Assembly: GCF_000011805.1 (NCBI RefSeq)
Contig: NC_006841.2
Direction: 5' to 3' (one strand)
Source of the DNA: Aliivibrio fischeri ES114
GTDB taxonomy: Bacteria; Pseudomonadota; Gammaproteobacteria; Enterobacterales; Vibrionaceae
DNA: 32,000 bases
The notes beneath the pieces are model-generated. The model saw only the letters and a list, made by a program, of their open reading frames with translations, was not told the DNA's origin and made no database searches. The first letter of the stretch is position 1. Every line of letters starts with the position of its first letter. The position numbers and the translations under genes were made by a program. This document shows, piece after piece, positions 29,490-32,000 of this stretch.

Positions 29490-29570
29490 ATTGGAAGCGA
29501 TATCACCAAACCTCCAAATTGGTGTTATATAACACGCAAAAAACATAACAATAAGCTAGGTGAACAAAAA

Positions 29571-30323
29571 ATGAACATTAAAAATATAAATGCTAATGAG
29601 AAGATAATTGATAAAATTAAAACTTGTAATAATAATAAAGATATTAATCAATGTTTATCTGAAATAGCAAAGATAATACATTGTGAATATTACCTATTCG
29701 CTATTATCTATCCTCACTCAATAATTAAACCTGATGTTTCAATTATAGATAATTACCCTGAAAAATGGCGTAAATATTATGATGATGCCGGACTACTAGA
29801 ATATGACCCTGTAGTCGATTACTCTAAGTCCCATCATTCACCAATTAATTGGAACGTATTCGAAAAAAAAACAATAAAAAAAGAGTCTCCGAATGTAATA
29901 AAAGAAGCACAGGAATCGGGACTCATTACTGGATTTAGCTTTCCAATTCATACTGCAAGTAATGGTTTTGGAATGCTCAGTTTTGCTCATTCAGATAAAG
30001 ATATTTATACTGACAGTTTATTTTTACACGCTAGTACAAATGTACCATTAATGCTTCCTTCTTTAGTCGATAATTATCAAAAAATAAATACGACACGTAA
30101 AAAGTCAGATTCTATTTTAACAAAAAGAGAAAAAGAATGCTTAGCGTGGGCGAGTGAAGGAAAAAGTACATGGGATATTTCAAAAATACTTGGCTGCAGT
30201 GAGCGTACTGTCACTTTTCATTTAACCAATACTCAAATGAAACTCAATACAACTAACCGCTGCCAAAGTATTTCTAAAGCAATTTTAACTGGCGCCATTA
30301 ATTGTCCATACCTTAAAAATTAA
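29571..30323 (+). CDS. luxR: LuxR, AHL-responsive transcriptional activator
   Basis: MNIKNINANEKIIDKIKTCNNNKDINQCLSEIAKIIHCEYYLFAIIYPH...; C-terminal HTH LTKREKECLAWASEGKSTWDISKILGCSERTVTFHL. ATG at 29571 preferred: the GTG at 29472 is inside the CRP site. Confidence 0.97.
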   Translation: MNIKNINANEKIIDKIKTCNNNKDINQCLSEIAKIIHCEYYLFAIIYPHSIIKPDVSIIDNYPEKWRKYYDDAGLLEYDPVVDYSKSHHSPINWNVFEKKTIKKESPNVIKEAQESGLITGFSFPIHTASNGFGMLSFAHSDKDIYTDSLFLHASTNVPLMLPSLVDNYQKINTTRKKSDSILTKREKECLAWASEGKSTWDISKILGCSERTVTFHLTNTQMKLNTTNRCQSISKAILTGAINCPYLKN

Positions 30324-30364
30324 GTGTATGAATAAAACTTTATGCCTATAGACTTTATTTTTTG

Positions 30365-31210
30365 CTACTCTGTTTTCTGTGGAAAATTAATCTCATACAT
30401 TTCCATAAAATCTTGGCGAATAAGTTGCTCTAAATGAGATGCTTTTTCTGTTGGGCAAAAGATCATGTAATGCACTTTTTGATCGCCCATTGAAGTAGTC
30501 GTAATATGAATATGGGGCTCTGAACCTGGAAGGTCGACACCTGCGTGCTTCTCTATTACGCTGTTATAGCGTCGTGCTACTTCAATAAACTCTTCACAAT
30601 GGACATCTATCTTTGCTAATAGATCCGGTAGCATTGGGTATAGATTCACGAACTCTTTAACGCAGATTGAGAAGTTATGATAAACATAGCGCTTCATGAA
30701 ATTCAGGTTTTTCACTGGGTATGTAAAAAACATACTGTTTGGAAGCGTAGCTGTTTTCCCTGTGTAATCATATTGGCTATGGTGTAAATCAATCTCTTGG
30801 ATAACCGTAGCCATCATGTTGTGCTCAATAACTTCACCGCACAAAGATCCTACTTCAATCCAATCTCCTATTCGAAATGAACGAGAACTTGCACGTTGAA
30901 TCGAGCCAGTAAAACACAAAATAATTTCTTTCGATGCCACCACAATTGCAACGGCAATAGCAGTAACGGATAAAGCAAATTCATTAATCTCTGATTGCCA
31001 TAAAATAAATAACGTAATAACAATCACAGTAAACGAACCATTTTTGGTCCGAGAAATCCATTTACGTTGATCTTCAGTTAAAAAAGCAATATCACCACGA
31101 ATATGCTTTACCGCATAATGGCGTAATAAGAAGATGAAGCTAATAATCAACACACTAAAAATCATCTTATGTGTTAATAAAAAATCTATTACTAGTAACA
31201 GTCTATCCAC
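30365..31210 (-). CDS. MscS-family mechanosensitive ion channel-like protein
   Basis: N-terminal TMs then VASKEIILCFTGSIQRASSRSFRIGDWIEVGSLCGEVIEHNMMATVIQEID...LPNSMFFTYPVKN. Confidence 0.85.
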   Translation of the reverse strand: MDRLLLVIDFLLTHKMIFSVLIISFIFLLRHYAVKHIRGDIAFLTEDQRKWISRTKNGSFTVIVITLFILWQSEINEFALSVTAIAVAIVVASKEIILCFTGSIQRASSRSFRIGDWIEVGSLCGEVIEHNMMATVIQEIDLHHSQYDYTGKTATLPNSMFFTYPVKNLNFMKRYVYHNFSICVKEFVNLYPMLPDLLAKIDVHCEEFIEVARRYNSVIEKHAGVDLPGSEPHIHITTTSMGDQKVHYMIFCPTEKASHLEQLIRQDFMEMYEINFPQKTE

Positions 31211-31346
31211 GCTTACCTCTTCTACTTACTGCTTTATTACTCAACAACTAGCAGTAAATATCCCATAGGTAGACCATAATTTCATCCCCATCGATCAATT
31301 TACTCGAACTTGATTCACTTTATCATAATAATAATAATCCTTTTGA

Positions 31347-31541
31347 TTAAGAATGAGTCACTTCTGAATACTCACCTTCGATGATTCGTGCTTCTTTATC
31401 TTCATTTGATTTCATTTTACGGTTATGTGATTTCGACATAATAAAGCCAACAATACTTAATCCCACAGCAAAAAATAAGCTTGAAACCAAGACAAAAAAA
31501 CCAATGAATAAAGCAATAATAGTAGCTAATAACTGTTTCAT
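31347..31541 (-). CDS. Small (64 aa) predicted membrane protein
   Basis: Hydrophobic segment LLATIIALFIGFFVLVSSLFFAVGLSIVGFIM followed by a charged tail. Confidence 0.5.
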   Translation of the reverse strand: MKQLLATIIALFIGFFVLVSSLFFAVGLSIVGFIMSKSHNRKMKSNEDKEARIIEGEYSEVTHS

Positions 31542-31847
31542 ATTTTATCTCTCATTATGAATGAAATTTTATAATATCAAGCCAATTCTGAACACAAGAT
31601 GAACGATTAAATCATAACCTAAAATAATGATCTCAAATAAATAACAAACAAATCAATAATGAAACACCTCAACATAAAAATCTACATTTTCAGATGGATC
31701 ACAAAATATAAAACTATTTATACATTCTTTTATTTATAGAAATACTTTTTGATAATTATCAAGCCACCCAAAATCGATTCACGCAAAATACCCCTAAATG
31801 GTTAACCCAATACAATTTCTAATCTTTAAATTTTAAACGAGGTATTT

Positions 31848-32000
31848 ATGACTCAATCGGCTGATAAAGCACGTAAAGTCGGTATTGGCAGCTATGTGGC
31901 TCTGGCCTTTGCTGTTGTGTTCTTCTCTGGCTTTATGCAATCAAATGAATGGTATGGTGTTTTTGACTTTACAACACTAAATGGTTCATTTGGTAAAGTT
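31848..32000 (+). CDS. N-terminal fragment of a membrane protein, truncated by the window end; possibly a YjiH-type transporter-like protein
   Basis: ATG at 31848 with GAGG RBS; MTQSADKARKVGIGSYVALAFAVVFFSGFMQSNEWYGVFDFTTLNGSFGKV, open to the window end. Family assignment is weak. Confidence 0.5.
   Translation, partial: MTQSADKARKVGIGSYVALAFAVVFFSGFMQSNEWYGVFDFTTLNGSFGKV

Noticed and set aside
29472-29570. N-terminal extension of luxR starting at GTG 29472 in the ORF track
   Set aside because: The GTG lies inside the CRP-like site, and the known LuxR N-terminus corresponds to MNIKNINANEK starting at 29571.
1-32000. CRISPR arrays, transposases, prophage genes, toxin-antitoxin or anti-phage modules
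   Set aside because: No spaced direct repeats and no diagnostic proteins seen; every larger ORF has an ordinary chromosomal explanation or is listed as hypothetical.

Overview
The window looks like chromosomal DNA from Aliivibrio (Vibrio) fischeri, closest to the ES114 type. That attribution is inference from recalled LuxR/LuxI protein sequences; no search was run. The main content is a complete quorum-sensing bioluminescence locus: luxR on + (29571..30323), divergent from luxICDABEG on - (29364 down to 22357). The luxR/luxI intergenic region holds a lux box (29414..29433), a CRP-like site (29468..29489) and an unexplained 14-bp palindrome. The other content is: the 3' end of a probable sulfatase; an anaerobic sulfatase-maturase-like radical SAM gene packed tightly against a MoxR/DUF58/DUF4381/VWA/VWA-TPR/BatD operon; an RND efflux pair; a predicted outer-membrane protein; a RecX-like gene; a flavodoxin-fold oxidoreductase divergent from a LysR regulator; an ABC transporter pair; a CNNM/CBS (YtfL-like) protein; a hexapeptide acetyltransferase; a MATE exporter; a dCMP deaminase-like gene; and an MscS-like channel. 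Several strong inverted repeats or terminators sit between genes. I found no CRISPR array, tRNA, rRNA, transposase or phage module. The exciting system here, lux, is already well described. The less explained observations are the sulfatase-maturase/MoxR-VWA linkage, the palindrome in the luxR leader, the atypical RecX-like protein and an orphan beta-barrel candidate.
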